64,000 nt of DNA from Myxococcota bacterium. Lineage in GTDB: Bacteria; Myxococcota_A; UBA9160; UBA4427. Positions within the stretch are counted from its first letter, which is position 1; the number at the start of each line of letters is the position of its first letter. A program made the translations under genes and the position numbers. The notes beneath the pieces were generated by a model. That model ran no database searches. It saw only the letters and a list, made by a program, of their open reading frames with translations, and was not told the origin of the DNA. The stretch is taken from the NCBI GenBank assembly GCA_041389495.1, contig JAWKRT010000004.1, forward strand, positions 165,262 to 229,261. Direction: 5' to 3'. This document shows positions 50,849-59,546 of the stretch, piece after piece.

Positions 50849-52804
50849 ATGAGCCAGATCGCCGTACGCCTACCCGACGGGAAGACGCTCGAGTTGGCGG
50901 CGGGGTCGACGGTGCTCGACGTGGCCTCGGCCATCGGTCCCGGTCTCGCGAAGGCCGCGCTCGCGGGCCGCGTGGACGGCGAGCTCGTCGACCTGCGTCT
51001 CCCGCTCGCGTCCGACTGCGCCGTCTCGATCGTCACCGCGAAGGACGCGGAGGGCGGCGACGTGCTGCGGCACTCGGCCGAGCACGTGATGGCCGACGCC
51101 GTGCAGCGCCTGTTCCCGGGCGTGCAGATCGACGCCGGCCGCGCCGACCACAGCGAGAAGTTCCAGTACGACTTCCTGCTCGACCACGCGTTCTCGCCCG
51201 AGGACGTGGAGCGGATCGAGAAGGAGATGGAGACGATCCTCGCCGAGGATCGCGCCTTTGCGCGCGAGGTCGTGACGCGCGAGGCCGCGGTCGCGCTCTT
51301 CCGCGAGCTCGGCCAGGACCTCAAGGTCGCGCGCATCGCCGACATCCCGGACGGCGTGCCGATCACGCTCTTCCGCCACGGCGACTTCGTCGACCTCTGC
51401 CGCGGGCCGCACGTGCGCAGCACGAAGCAGATCGGCGCCGTCAAGCTCACCGACGTGTCCGGCAGCTACTGGAAGGGCGACGAGTCGGGCCCGAAGCTGC
51501 AGCGCATCTACGGCACCGCGTTCGCGACGAAGAAGGAGCTCGACGCCCACCTCACCGCGCTCGAGGAGGCGCGCAAGCGCGACCACCGGCGCGTCGGCGT
51601 CGACCTCGAGCTGTTCGCGCTCGACGCGCTCTCGCCCGGCTCGCCGTTCTATCTGCCGAAGGGCATGACGGTCTACAACGAGCTCGTCGCCTTCATCCGG
51701 TCGCTGTACCCGCGCTACGGCTACCAGGAGGTGATGACGCCGCAGCTCTTCCGCGCGGAGCTCTTCAAGATCTCGGGCCACTACGAGAAGTTCCACGACG
51801 ACATGTTCTGGTTCGCGGGCGCCGACGAGGGCGAAGAGCTCGGCGTGAAGGCGATGAACTGCCCGGGACACTGCCGCCTGTTCGGGTTCTCGAAGCGCTC
51901 GTACCGCGACCTGCCGCTGCGCGTCGCCGAGTTCTCGCGCCTCCATCGCAACGAGCGCAGCGGGACGCTGAACGGCCTCGCGCGCGTGCGCTCGCTCGCG
52001 CAGGACGACGCGCACATCTTCTGCGAGCCCGAGCAGGTGCCGCAGGAGATCGAGCGCTTCTTCGAGATGGTCGCGGAGGTCTACCGCGCGCTCGGCCTCG
52101 AAGGGGTCGAGATGGCGGTGTCGACGCGCCCCGAGGAGTTCCTCGGCGAGCCGGCCGACTGGGACGTCGCCGAGAAGGCGCTCGTCTCCGCGGTCGAGCG
52201 GGCGGGCTTCACGTGCGCGATCAAGGAGGGCGAGGCCGCCTTCTACGCGCCCAAGGTCGAGTGCGACTTCCGCGACGTGCTCGGCCGGGCGTGGACGCTC
52301 GCGACGATCCAGATCGACATGGCGCTGCCCGGCCGCTTCGGCCTGCGCTACGTCGGGCGCGACGGCGAGCTGCACCAGCCGGCGATGCTCCACCGCGCGG
52401 TGCTCGGGTCGCTCGAGCGCTTCATGGCGATCTACATCGAGCACACGGGCGGCGACTTCCCGTTCTGGCTGTGCCCGGTGCAGGTCGCCGTGCTGCCGAT
52501 CGCCGAGCGCCACGTCGCGCACGCGCGCCGCGTGCACGAAGCGCTGGTCGCCGCCGGGCTGCGCTCGCAGCTCGACGAGCGCAGCGAGACGCTCGGGTTC
52601 AAGATTCGCGAGGCCGAGACGAGCAAGGTGCCGCTCATGCTCGTCATCGGCGATCAAGAGGACGAGAACGGTACGGCCATGCCGCGGCTGCGGCGCTCGA
52701 AGCGGAAGCTCGACGCGCTCGCGGTCGACGACCTCGTGGTCCGGCTCGCGCGCGCCAGGGAGGAGCGCGCCGTGCAACCGTTCGCAGACGAGACGCCGCG
52801 CTAG
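50849..52804 (+). CDS. thrS: Threonine--tRNA ligase
   Basis: TGS domain (IAVRLPDGKTLEL), editing domain HSAEHVMA, class II motifs, anticodon-binding C-terminus. Start is the internal ATG at 50849. Confidence 0.95.
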   Translation: MSQIAVRLPDGKTLELAAGSTVLDVASAIGPGLAKAALAGRVDGELVDLRLPLASDCAVSIVTAKDAEGGDVLRHSAEHVMADAVQRLFPGVQIDAGRADHSEKFQYDFLLDHAFSPEDVERIEKEMETILAEDRAFAREVVTREAAVALFRELGQDLKVARIADIPDGVPITLFRHGDFVDLCRGPHVRSTKQIGAVKLTDVSGSYWKGDESGPKLQRIYGTAFATKKELDAHLTALEEARKRDHRRVGVDLELFALDALSPGSPFYLPKGMTVYNELVAFIRSLYPRYGYQEVMTPQLFRAELFKISGHYEKFHDDMFWFAGADEGEELGVKAMNCPGHCRLFGFSKRSYRDLPLRVAEFSRLHRNERSGTLNGLARVRSLAQDDAHIFCEPEQVPQEIERFFEMVAEVYRALGLEGVEMAVSTRPEEFLGEPADWDVAEKALVSAVERAGFTCAIKEGEAAFYAPKVECDFRDVLGRAWTLATIQIDMALPGRFGLRYVGRDGELHQPAMLHRAVLGSLERFMAIYIEHTGGDFPFWLCPVQVAVLPIAERHVAHARRVHEALVAAGLRSQLDERSETLGFKIREAETSKVPLMLVIGDQEDENGTAMPRLRRSKRKLDALAVDDLVVRLARAREERAVQPFADETPR

Positions 52805-52828
52805 CGCGCGGCGAAGAGGAGAAGACGC

Positions 52829-53524
52829 ATCCCCGGACGCAACCGCTTTCGCATCGTCGCCCCCGAACGGGACGGAACCCGCGTCAACGAGCGCATCCGC
52901 ATCTCCGAGGTCCGCGTGATCGGACCGGAGGGCGAGCAGCTCGGCGTGATGTCGCCCGAACGGGGCATGGAGCTCGCGCGCGAGAGCGGCCTCGACCTGG
53001 TCGAGGTCGCCCCGAACTCGCGGCCGCCCGTGTGTCGCATCATGGACTACGGGCGGTACAAGTACGAACAGAAGAAGAAGAAGACCGGCGCCAACCGCAA
53101 GGCGCACGCCGCCTCCCTCAAGGAGGTGAAGATGCGCCCCGGCACCGATCTCCACGACCTCGAGTTCAAGCTCAAGAACGCGCGCAAGTTCCTGATGGAC
53201 GGCGACAAGGTGAAGGTCACGGTGATGTTCCGCGGGCGCGAGATGGTGCACACCGTGCGCGGCCGCGACCAGCTCGACCAGGTCGCCCGCATGCTGACGC
53301 CGCTCGCGAAGGTGGAGAGCCTCCCGAAGATGGAGGGCCGCTTCATGTCGATGATCCTCGTCGGCGATCGCGAGGCGATCGCCGAGGCGAGGAAGCTCGA
53401 GGCGGCGAATCCGACCGACGAGGATCTCGACGCCGAGGAGATGGACGACGTCGTCGACGACATCGACGACGATCACGAGGACGACGACGAGCCGGACGCC
53501 GAGAGCACGCCGGCGGGAGAGTGA
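52829..53524 (+). CDS. infC: Translation initiation factor IF-3 with a non-canonical ATC start and an acidic C-terminal tail
   Basis: The conserved N-terminus RVNERIRISEVRVIGPEGEQLGV lies upstream of the first canonical start (GTG 52916). The in-frame ATC at 52829 sits 7 nt after GAGGAG. The C-terminal ~45 aa are Asp/Glu-rich (DEDLDAEEMDDVVDDIDDDHEDDDEPD). Confidence 0.8.
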   Translation: MPGRNRFRIVAPERDGTRVNERIRISEVRVIGPEGEQLGVMSPERGMELARESGLDLVEVAPNSRPPVCRIMDYGRYKYEQKKKKTGANRKAHAASLKEVKMRPGTDLHDLEFKLKNARKFLMDGDKVKVTVMFRGREMVHTVRGRDQLDQVARMLTPLAKVESLPKMEGRFMSMILVGDREAIAEARKLEAANPTDEDLDAEEMDDVVDDIDDDHEDDDEPDAESTPAGE

Positions 53525-53527
53525 ACG

Positions 53528-53725
53528 ATGCCGAAGATGAAGACGCACCGCGGCGCCGCGAAGCGGTTCAAGCGAACCGGGAGCGGCGGCTTCAAGCGGG
53601 CGCAGACGAACAAGCAGCACATCCTCACGAAGAAGCGCACGAAGCGGAAGCGCCAGCTGCGGCAGGGCGAGACGGTCGCGGCCGTCGACGAGCGCCAGGT
53701 CCGCCGACTGCTTCCGGGTAGCTAA
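53528..53725 (+). CDS. rpmI: 50S ribosomal protein L35
   Basis: [24 protein letters not shown]. 65 aa. Position between infC and rplT. Confidence 0.95.
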   Translation: MPKMKTHRGAAKRFKRTGSGGFKRAQTNKQHILTKKRTKRKRQLRQGETVAAVDERQVRRLLPGS

Positions 53726-53773
53726 CGAGCGGGCCGCGGCCCGCCCACGAACGACGAACGAAGGGAACGAGTC

Positions 53774-54124
53774 ATGCCCCGTGTGAAACGCGGAGTCGCG
53801 GCGCGCCGGCGCCGCAAGCGGATCCTCAAGTCCGCCAAGGGCTACGTCGGCGCGCGCAGCCGCCTGCACGGCGTCGCCCGCGAGGCCGTCGAGCGCGCCT
53901 GGGTCTACGCCTACCGGGATCGCAAGCAGCGCAAGCGCGCCTTCCGCGCGCTCTGGATCGCCCGCATCAACGCCGGCGCGCGACAGAACGGCCTGTCGTA
54001 CAGCCGGCTCGTGGACGGGCTCAAGAAGGCCGGCGTCGAGGTCGACCGCAAGATCCTCGCCCAGCTCGCCGTCGACGACGCGACGGCGTTCGCCGAGCTC
54101 GCGACCCTCGCGAAGTCCGCCTGA
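53774..54124 (+). CDS. rplT: 50S ribosomal protein L20
   Basis: [19 protein letters not shown]...[21 protein letters not shown]. 116 aa. Confidence 0.96.
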   Translation: MPRVKRGVAARRRRKRILKSAKGYVGARSRLHGVAREAVERAWVYAYRDRKQRKRAFRALWIARINAGARQNGLSYSRLVDGLKKAGVEVDRKILAQLAVDDATAFAELATLAKSA

Positions 54125-54137
54125 CGGGCGGCTCGCG

Positions 54138-55157
54138 ATGAGCACGACGCCCGACCTCGAGGCGCTCGAAGCGAGCGCCCGGGCCGAGATCGACGCCGCG
54201 GCGACGCCGCAGGCGCTGGTCGAGGTGCGCGCGGCCTACCTCGGGAAGAAGGGCTCGGTCGCGGCCGTCCTGCGCTCGATCGGCGCCCTCGCGCCCGACG
54301 AGCGCGGGCGCGTCGGCCAGCGCGCGAACGAGGCGAAGCAGCGCATCGAGGCGTGGGCCGCGGCGCGAAGGGACGCGCTCGAGCGCGCGGAGATCGACGC
54401 GCGCCTCGCGGGCCAGCGCCTCGACGTCACGCTGCCCGGGAGCGGTCCGCCGCTCGGGCGCCTGCACGTCGTCACGCAGGTCGTGCGCGAGGTCGAGCGG
54501 TTCTTCCGCGCGCGCGGGTTCTCGATCGAGGACGGCCCCGAGGTCGAGACCGAGCACCACAACTTCGACGCGCTCAACATCCCCCCCGACCACCCCGCGC
54601 GCGAGATGCAGGACACGTTCTGGGTCGAGGGCGGGCACGTGCTGCGGACGCACACCTCGCCCGTGCAGATCCGCGCGATGACGGGGCGCACGCCGCCCTT
54701 CCGCTTCATCGCGCCGGGTCGCGTCTACCGCCACGACATGTCGCCGCGCCACTCGCCCATGTTCCAGCAGGTCGAGGGCTTCATGGTCGACGAGCGCACG
54801 AGCTTCGCGCACCTCAAGGGCGTGCTCTACGACTTCGCGCGCGCGCTGATGGGCGACGTGCGGCTGCGCTTCCGCGCGAGCTACTTCCCGTTCACCGAGC
54901 CGTCGGCCGAGATGGACTTCTCGTGCCTGCTCTGCGACGCGCAGGGCTGCGCGACGTGCTCGCACACCGGATGGATCGAGTGGGGCGGCTGCGGGATGAT
55001 CCATCCGCAGGTGCTCGCCGGCTGCGGCATCGACGCGGAGCGCTACCAGGGCTTCGCGTTCGGCATGGGGCTCGAGCGCGCCGCGATGCTGCGGTACGGC
55101 ATCCCGCAGATCCGGCTGCTGTACGAGGGGGACGTCCGCGTCCTCGAGCAGTTCTGA
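54138..55157 (+). CDS. pheS: Phenylalanine--tRNA ligase alpha subunit
   Basis: HPAREMQDTFW, class II motifs FRFIAPGRVYR and GFAFGMGLER. Confidence 0.95.
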   Translation: MSTTPDLEALEASARAEIDAAATPQALVEVRAAYLGKKGSVAAVLRSIGALAPDERGRVGQRANEAKQRIEAWAAARRDALERAEIDARLAGQRLDVTLPGSGPPLGRLHVVTQVVREVERFFRARGFSIEDGPEVETEHHNFDALNIPPDHPAREMQDTFWVEGGHVLRTHTSPVQIRAMTGRTPPFRFIAPGRVYRHDMSPRHSPMFQQVEGFMVDERTSFAHLKGVLYDFARALMGDVRLRFRASYFPFTEPSAEMDFSCLLCDAQGCATCSHTGWIEWGGCGMIHPQVLAGCGIDAERYQGFAFGMGLERAAMLRYGIPQIRLLYEGDVRVLEQF

Positions 55158-55175
55158 TGTCGGAGCGCGCCTGAC

Positions 55176-57587
55176 ATGCGGGTGCCGCTCTCGTGGCTGC
55201 GCGAGTGGATCGCGCCCGACGCACCCGTCGAGGAGATCGCGGAGCGCCTGACGCGCGCCGGGCTCGAGGTCGACGCGATCGAGCGCACGGGGCCCGACCT
55301 CGGCGCCTTCGTCGTCGGCTTCGTGCGCGAGCGCGAGAAGCACCCCGACGCGGATCGCCTCTCGGTGTGCCGCGTGGATCTCGGCGACGGCGACGCCCAC
55401 ACGATCGTGTGCGGCGCGCCCAACGTCGCGGCGGGACAGAAGGTCGCCGTCGCGCGGCCGGGCACCGTCGTGCTCGGCCGGAAGCTCGGCAAGTCGAAGA
55501 TCCGCGGCGTGAGCTCGCACGGGATGATCTGCTCGGCCGCCGAGCTCGAGCTCGCCGACGAGAGCGACGGCATCCTCGTCCTGCCGGAGGACGCGCCCGT
55601 CGGCGCGCCGCTCGACCGCGTGCTCGCGGCCGGCGACGCCGTGCTCGACGTCGCGATCACGGCGAACCGCGGCGACTGCGCCTCGATGCTCGGCATCGCG
55701 CGCGAGGTGCGCGCCGCGTTCGGCGGCGTCGTCGCGCTGCCGCCCTGCGACGTCGCCGAGGCCGGGCCGCCCGTCGAGCGCGCCGTCGCCGTGGCGATCG
55801 AGGCGCCCGACCTCTGCCATCGCTATGCGGCGCGCGTCGTGCGCGGGGTGCGCATCGCGCCGTCGCCCGCGTGGCTCGCGCGCAGGCTCGAGGCGGCGGG
55901 GCTTCGGCCGATCGACGTCGTCGTCGACGTCACGAACCTCGTGCTGCACGAGCTCGGCCAGCCGCTCCACGCGTTCGACCTCGCGAAGCTCCGCGGCGGC
56001 CGCGTCGTCGCGCGCCGCGCGACGGACGGCGAGCGGATCGAGACGCTCGACGGTCGCACCCACGCGCTCGCGCCGGACGACCTCGTGATCGCCGACGCCG
56101 AGCGCGCCGTCGCGATCGCGGGCGTCATGGGCGGCGCGAACAGCGAGGTCGACGCCGCGACCGTCGACGTGCTGCTCGAGAGCGCGCACTTCGCACCGCG
56201 CGCGGTGCGCCGCACCGCGCGGCGCCTCGGCCTGCACAGCGAGGCCTCCTACCGGTTCGAGCGCGGGGTCGACCGCGCGGGTGTCGAGCGCGCGCTCGAT
56301 CGCGCGGCCCGGCTGCTCGCCGAGCTCGCGGGGGGCGTCGTCGACACCGGGCGCGCCGTCGCGACGGGCGATGCACCGGACGTCGTCGAGGGCGTCGCGC
56401 TCGAGACGGCGCGCGTGAACCGCCTTCTCGGCACCGACCTCGGCCGCGACGCGATCGCCGCGCTCCTCGGCGCGCAGGACATCGCGTGCGCGCCTCGCGG
56501 CGCGGACGCGCTCGCCTGCGCGATCCCCACCCACCGCAACGACCTGCGCATTCCGGCCGACCTCGTCGAGGAGGTCGCGCGCATGCACGGCTACGACGCG
56601 ATCGAGCCGCGCGCGCTCGAGGGCGTGCTCGGCTCCGGCGCGAAGCCCGCGTGGCTCGAGCTCGGCGACGCCATCCGCGACGCCTTCGCAGCCGAGGGAC
56701 TGACCGAGGTCGCGACGTTCCCGTTCCTCGACGCGGCCGCGCTCGACGCGCTGGGCCTCGACCCGGGCGATCCGCGTCGCGCGATGCCCCGCGTCGTGAA
56801 CCCGATCGCGGAGAGCGAGTCGGCGCTGCGCTCGACGCACGTGCCCGCGCTGCTCGCGCTGGTGCGCGACAACCGCAGCCGGCAGGTGGATCGCGTCGCG
56901 CTGTTCGAGGTGTCGCGCGTGTTCGAGGCGCCGGCGGAAGCCGGCGCGCTGCCGCGCGAGCGCTGGCGCGCGACGGCCGTGCTGGCGCGCGGGCGCGAGA
57001 AGCGTCTCTGGGGCGGCGAGGCCCGCGAGCCGGTCTTCTTCGAGGCGAAGGGCGTGGCCGAGCGTCTCGTCGCCCGCCTGCGGCGCCCCGTGCGCCTCGC
57101 GGCCTCGCGGGCTCCCGAGCCCTACCTCCACCCCGGCGCCTGCGCCGACCTGCTCGCGGGGAAGGACCGCGTGGGCGTCGTGGGCGAGCTCCATCCCGCC
57201 GTCGCCGCGCGCTTCGAAATCGACACCCCCGTCGCGGTGATCGAAGTAGACTCGAGCGCCGTCGGGGACTTACCGACGCGCCTGCCGCGCTACCGGGAGG
57301 TCTCGCGGCATCCGCAGTCCCGGCGCGACCTCGCCGTGGTGCTCGACCGCGACCAGCCGGTGGCGGAGGTGCTCGGCGCGATCGGCAAGAAGGCGGGCGA
57401 CGCGCTGGCCGCGGTCGAGGTCTTCGACCGCTACGAGGGCCCGGGCGTGCCCGAAGGGAAGGTGAGCGTCGCGTTCCGGCTCGTGTACCAGCTGCCGGAT
57501 CGGACGCTCACGGACGAAGAGGTCTCACAGGCGACGGACCGCGTCGTGCAGATGCTGCAGCAGCGGTTCGCGGCCGAGCTTCGATGA
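55176..57587 (+). CDS. pheT: Phenylalanine--tRNA ligase beta subunit
   Basis: MRVPLSWLREWI, tRNA-binding OB domain, B3/4 and B5 domains, FDX-ACB C-terminus (VFDRYEGPGVPEGKVSVAFRL). Confidence 0.95.
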   Translation: MRVPLSWLREWIAPDAPVEEIAERLTRAGLEVDAIERTGPDLGAFVVGFVREREKHPDADRLSVCRVDLGDGDAHTIVCGAPNVAAGQKVAVARPGTVVLGRKLGKSKIRGVSSHGMICSAAELELADESDGILVLPEDAPVGAPLDRVLAAGDAVLDVAITANRGDCASMLGIAREVRAAFGGVVALPPCDVAEAGPPVERAVAVAIEAPDLCHRYAARVVRGVRIAPSPAWLARRLEAAGLRPIDVVVDVTNLVLHELGQPLHAFDLAKLRGGRVVARRATDGERIETLDGRTHALAPDDLVIADAERAVAIAGVMGGANSEVDAATVDVLLESAHFAPRAVRRTARRLGLHSEASYRFERGVDRAGVERALDRAARLLAELAGGVVDTGRAVATGDAPDVVEGVALETARVNRLLGTDLGRDAIAALLGAQDIACAPRGADALACAIPTHRNDLRIPADLVEEVARMHGYDAIEPRALEGVLGSGAKPAWLELGDAIRDAFAAEGLTEVATFPFLDAAALDALGLDPGDPRRAMPRVVNPIAESESALRSTHVPALLALVRDNRSRQVDRVALFEVSRVFEAPAEAGALPRERWRATAVLARGREKRLWGGEAREPVFFEAKGVAERLVARLRRPVRLAASRAPEPYLHPGACADLLAGKDRVGVVGELHPAVAARFEIDTPVAVIEVDSSAVGDLPTRLPRYREVSRHPQSRRDLAVVLDRDQPVAEVLGAIGKKAGDALAAVEVFDRYEGPGVPEGKVSVAFRLVYQLPDRTLTDEEVSQATDRVVQMLQQRFAAELR

Positions 57588-57639
57588 CAGCGCCGCAGCG
57601 TCACGCGGTGGCGCGGGCGGCGAGCGGGGGAGAGCGCGC

Positions 57640-57978
57640 ATGACGAAGGCCGAGATCGTCGAGCAGATCTACGAACGCGTAGGCTTCTCGAAGAAGGAGG
57701 CGGCCGAGCTGGTCGAGAAGGTCTTCCAGATCATCAAGGAGACGCTCGAGCAGGGGGAGAAGGTCAAGATCTCGGGCTTCGGCAACTTCGTCGTGCGGGA
57801 GAAGAACGCGCGCAAGGGCCGCAATCCGCAGACCGGCCAGGAGATCCTCCTCGACGCCCGCCGCGTGCTGACGTTCAAGCCGAGCCTCGTGCTGAAGAAC
57901 ATCCTGAACGAGACGGACGTGTCGGAGGCCGAGCTCTCGGCCGCGCGCGCCGGCACCGACGACGGGGACGACGACTGA
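57640..57978 (+). CDS. ihfA: Integration host factor alpha subunit
   Basis: MTKAEIVEQI...ISGFGNFVVREKNARKGRNPQTGQEILLDARRVLTFKP. Conserved position after pheT. Confidence 0.9.
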   Translation: MTKAEIVEQIYERVGFSKKEAAELVEKVFQIIKETLEQGEKVKISGFGNFVVREKNARKGRNPQTGQEILLDARRVLTFKPSLVLKNILNETDVSEAELSAARAGTDDGDDD

Positions 57979-58049
57979 GCGCGACGCACGATCCACGAGC
58001 GGCGTCCCTCGCCGAGGGGCGTCGCGGCCGCCGCGACACGGGGGGACGC

Positions 58050-58577
58050 ATGGCCGCGCGGGACACACGGGACGGCAGGGACGGACGCGACGGCAAGGAC
58101 GCACGGGCGCGCGCCGCGGGCCGCGGCGCGGCGGCCAAGCGCACGCCGCAGCGCTCGCGCGTACGGCGCGGGGCCGGCGGCGACCGGCGCGCCGGCGACG
58201 CCGACCTCGGCGCGCTCGCCGAGGGCACGCTGCTCCCGACCGAGAAGCTCTACTACCGCATCGGCGAGGTCGCGAAGATCACCGGCGTGAAGCCGTACGT
58301 GCTCCGCTACTGGGAGTCCGAGTTCCGCTGGATGGCGCCGCAGAAGTCGCGCTCCAAGCAGCGTCTCTACCGGCGCAAGGACATCGACACCATCCTGCTC
58401 GTCAAGAAGCTCCTCTACGAGGAGCGCTACACGATCGCCGGCGCGCGCAAGCTGCTGCGCGAGATGGGCGTCGGTCGCACCGCGGAGACGGTCGAGGCGC
58501 GCGCACTCGATCACCGCACCGAGTACCGGCGCATCCGCGACGAGCTCCTCGCGCTCCGCGCCGCGCTCGTCTCCTGA
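58050..58577 (+). CDS. MerR-family transcriptional regulator with an Arg/Asp/Gly-rich N-terminal tail
   Basis: HTH YYRIGEVAKITGVKPYVLRYWESEF...RLYRRKDI. The N-terminal ~55 aa are low-complexity (RDGRDGRDGKD), so the true start may be later. Confidence 0.8.
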   Translation: MAARDTRDGRDGRDGKDARARAAGRGAAAKRTPQRSRVRRGAGGDRRAGDADLGALAEGTLLPTEKLYYRIGEVAKITGVKPYVLRYWESEFRWMAPQKSRSKQRLYRRKDIDTILLVKKLLYEERYTIAGARKLLREMGVGRTAETVEARALDHRTEYRRIRDELLALRAALVS

Positions 58578-58585
58578 GCGCGCGC

Positions 58586-58885
58586 GTGGTCGTCGTCGTC
58601 TTCCGCTCGCGACTCGACGAATCGGAGCGCGAGGCCTACGAGCCCGTCGCCGTCCGCATGCTCGAGCTCGCCCACCGCGCGCCGGGCTTCGTCTCGTTCC
58701 GCGCCTACGCGGCCGACGACGGCGAGCGCCTCGCGCTCGCCGAGTTCGAGACCGCCGAGCACGCCGCGGCGTGGGGCCGCGAGGCCGAGCACCTCGCCGC
58801 GCAGCGCCTCGGGCGCGAGCGCTTCTACACCGAGTACCGGCTGCAGGTCGCCGAGGTCGTGCGCGAGCGCGCGTTCCGCCGCTAG
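58586..58885 (+). CDS. Antibiotic-biosynthesis-monooxygenase (ABM/Dabb) fold protein
   Basis: 99 aa. VVVVFRSRL...GFVSFRAY...ALAEFETAEHAAAW is a ferredoxin-like ABM pattern. Confidence 0.65.
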   Translation: MVVVVFRSRLDESEREAYEPVAVRMLELAHRAPGFVSFRAYAADDGERLALAEFETAEHAAAWGREAEHLAAQRLGRERFYTEYRLQVAEVVRERAFRR

Positions 58886-59120
58886 CACCGCGAGGCGGCG
58901 CGCTCGCGCGCCGCGTTAGGCGCGGCGCGCGAGTGCCTGCGTCACGGCCTGCGGCGGCCTTGTGCGATGGCCCCCGTCGTCTACTCTCGCGCGCTCGCTC
59001 CCTCGCGGCGCGCCGAGCGGGCCTCCAGACCGCTCCATCGCCCTGCGTCCCGCGACGCAGCGGTGCGCGCCGCACGCGTCGGTAGGGAGCCGGGATCCGG
59101 CACGCGAGTGCCGTCGGCGT

Positions 59121-59198
59121 CGGGCCGTAGCGCAGCTTGGTTAGCGCGCCTGACTGGGGGTCAGGAGGTCGCGAGTTCGAATCTCGCCGGCCCGACCA
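59121..59198 (+). tRNA. tRNA-Pro (anticodon GGG)
   Basis: Acceptor CGGGCCG/CGGCCCG (C1-G72, typical of tRNA-Pro), anticodon stem CCTGA/TCAGG with loop CTGGGGG, T-arm GCGAGTTCGAATCTCGC, encoded CCA. Confidence 0.9.
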
Positions 59199-59477
59199 CG
59201 CACCGCCGCGCGCCGCCGATGGGCTCGCCGCGATGCGCGTGGCGCTCGCCGGCCGCGCTGCGAAGCGCGCGTCCCGCGTGCGGATTTCGTCGACGGACGT
59301 CGACGAGACTGCCCTAGACGGCCCGCGGTCATCCGTGCACAATCGCGCCCTTGCGACCCCTGCCTTCGCGGACGGGCGCGCCGCGGCATCGCCGCCGCGG
59401 GGCGCGCGCGAAGGGCCGATCGATCGGCATGCGGTGGCGAGCCGGCTCTCCGGCGCCGCCGCCAACCTGCGGTGGCT

Positions 59478-59526
59478 CCGGCACCGCGACTCCGGCACAG
59501 GCAATTTCGGCACACGGTTTCGGCAC
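59478..59526 (+). promoter_or_regulatory. Four direct repeats of YCGGCAC at 13-15-nt spacing upstream of the beta-helix gene
   Basis: CCGGCAC at 59478 and 59492, and TCGGCAC at 59507 and 59520. The last two sit within a 12-nt unit TTTCGGCACACG repeated at 13-nt periodicity. The array ends about 20 nt before the ATG at 59547. Confidence 0.35.
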
Positions 59527-59546
59527 ACGTGGATGGGAAGGTGGCG

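Noticed and set aside
59478-59526. Sigma54 -24 elements suggested by the repeated GGCAC.
   Set aside because: None of the four copies is followed by a TTGC/-12 element at the correct distance; the downstream bases are TT or CG. They are kept only as direct repeats of unknown function.
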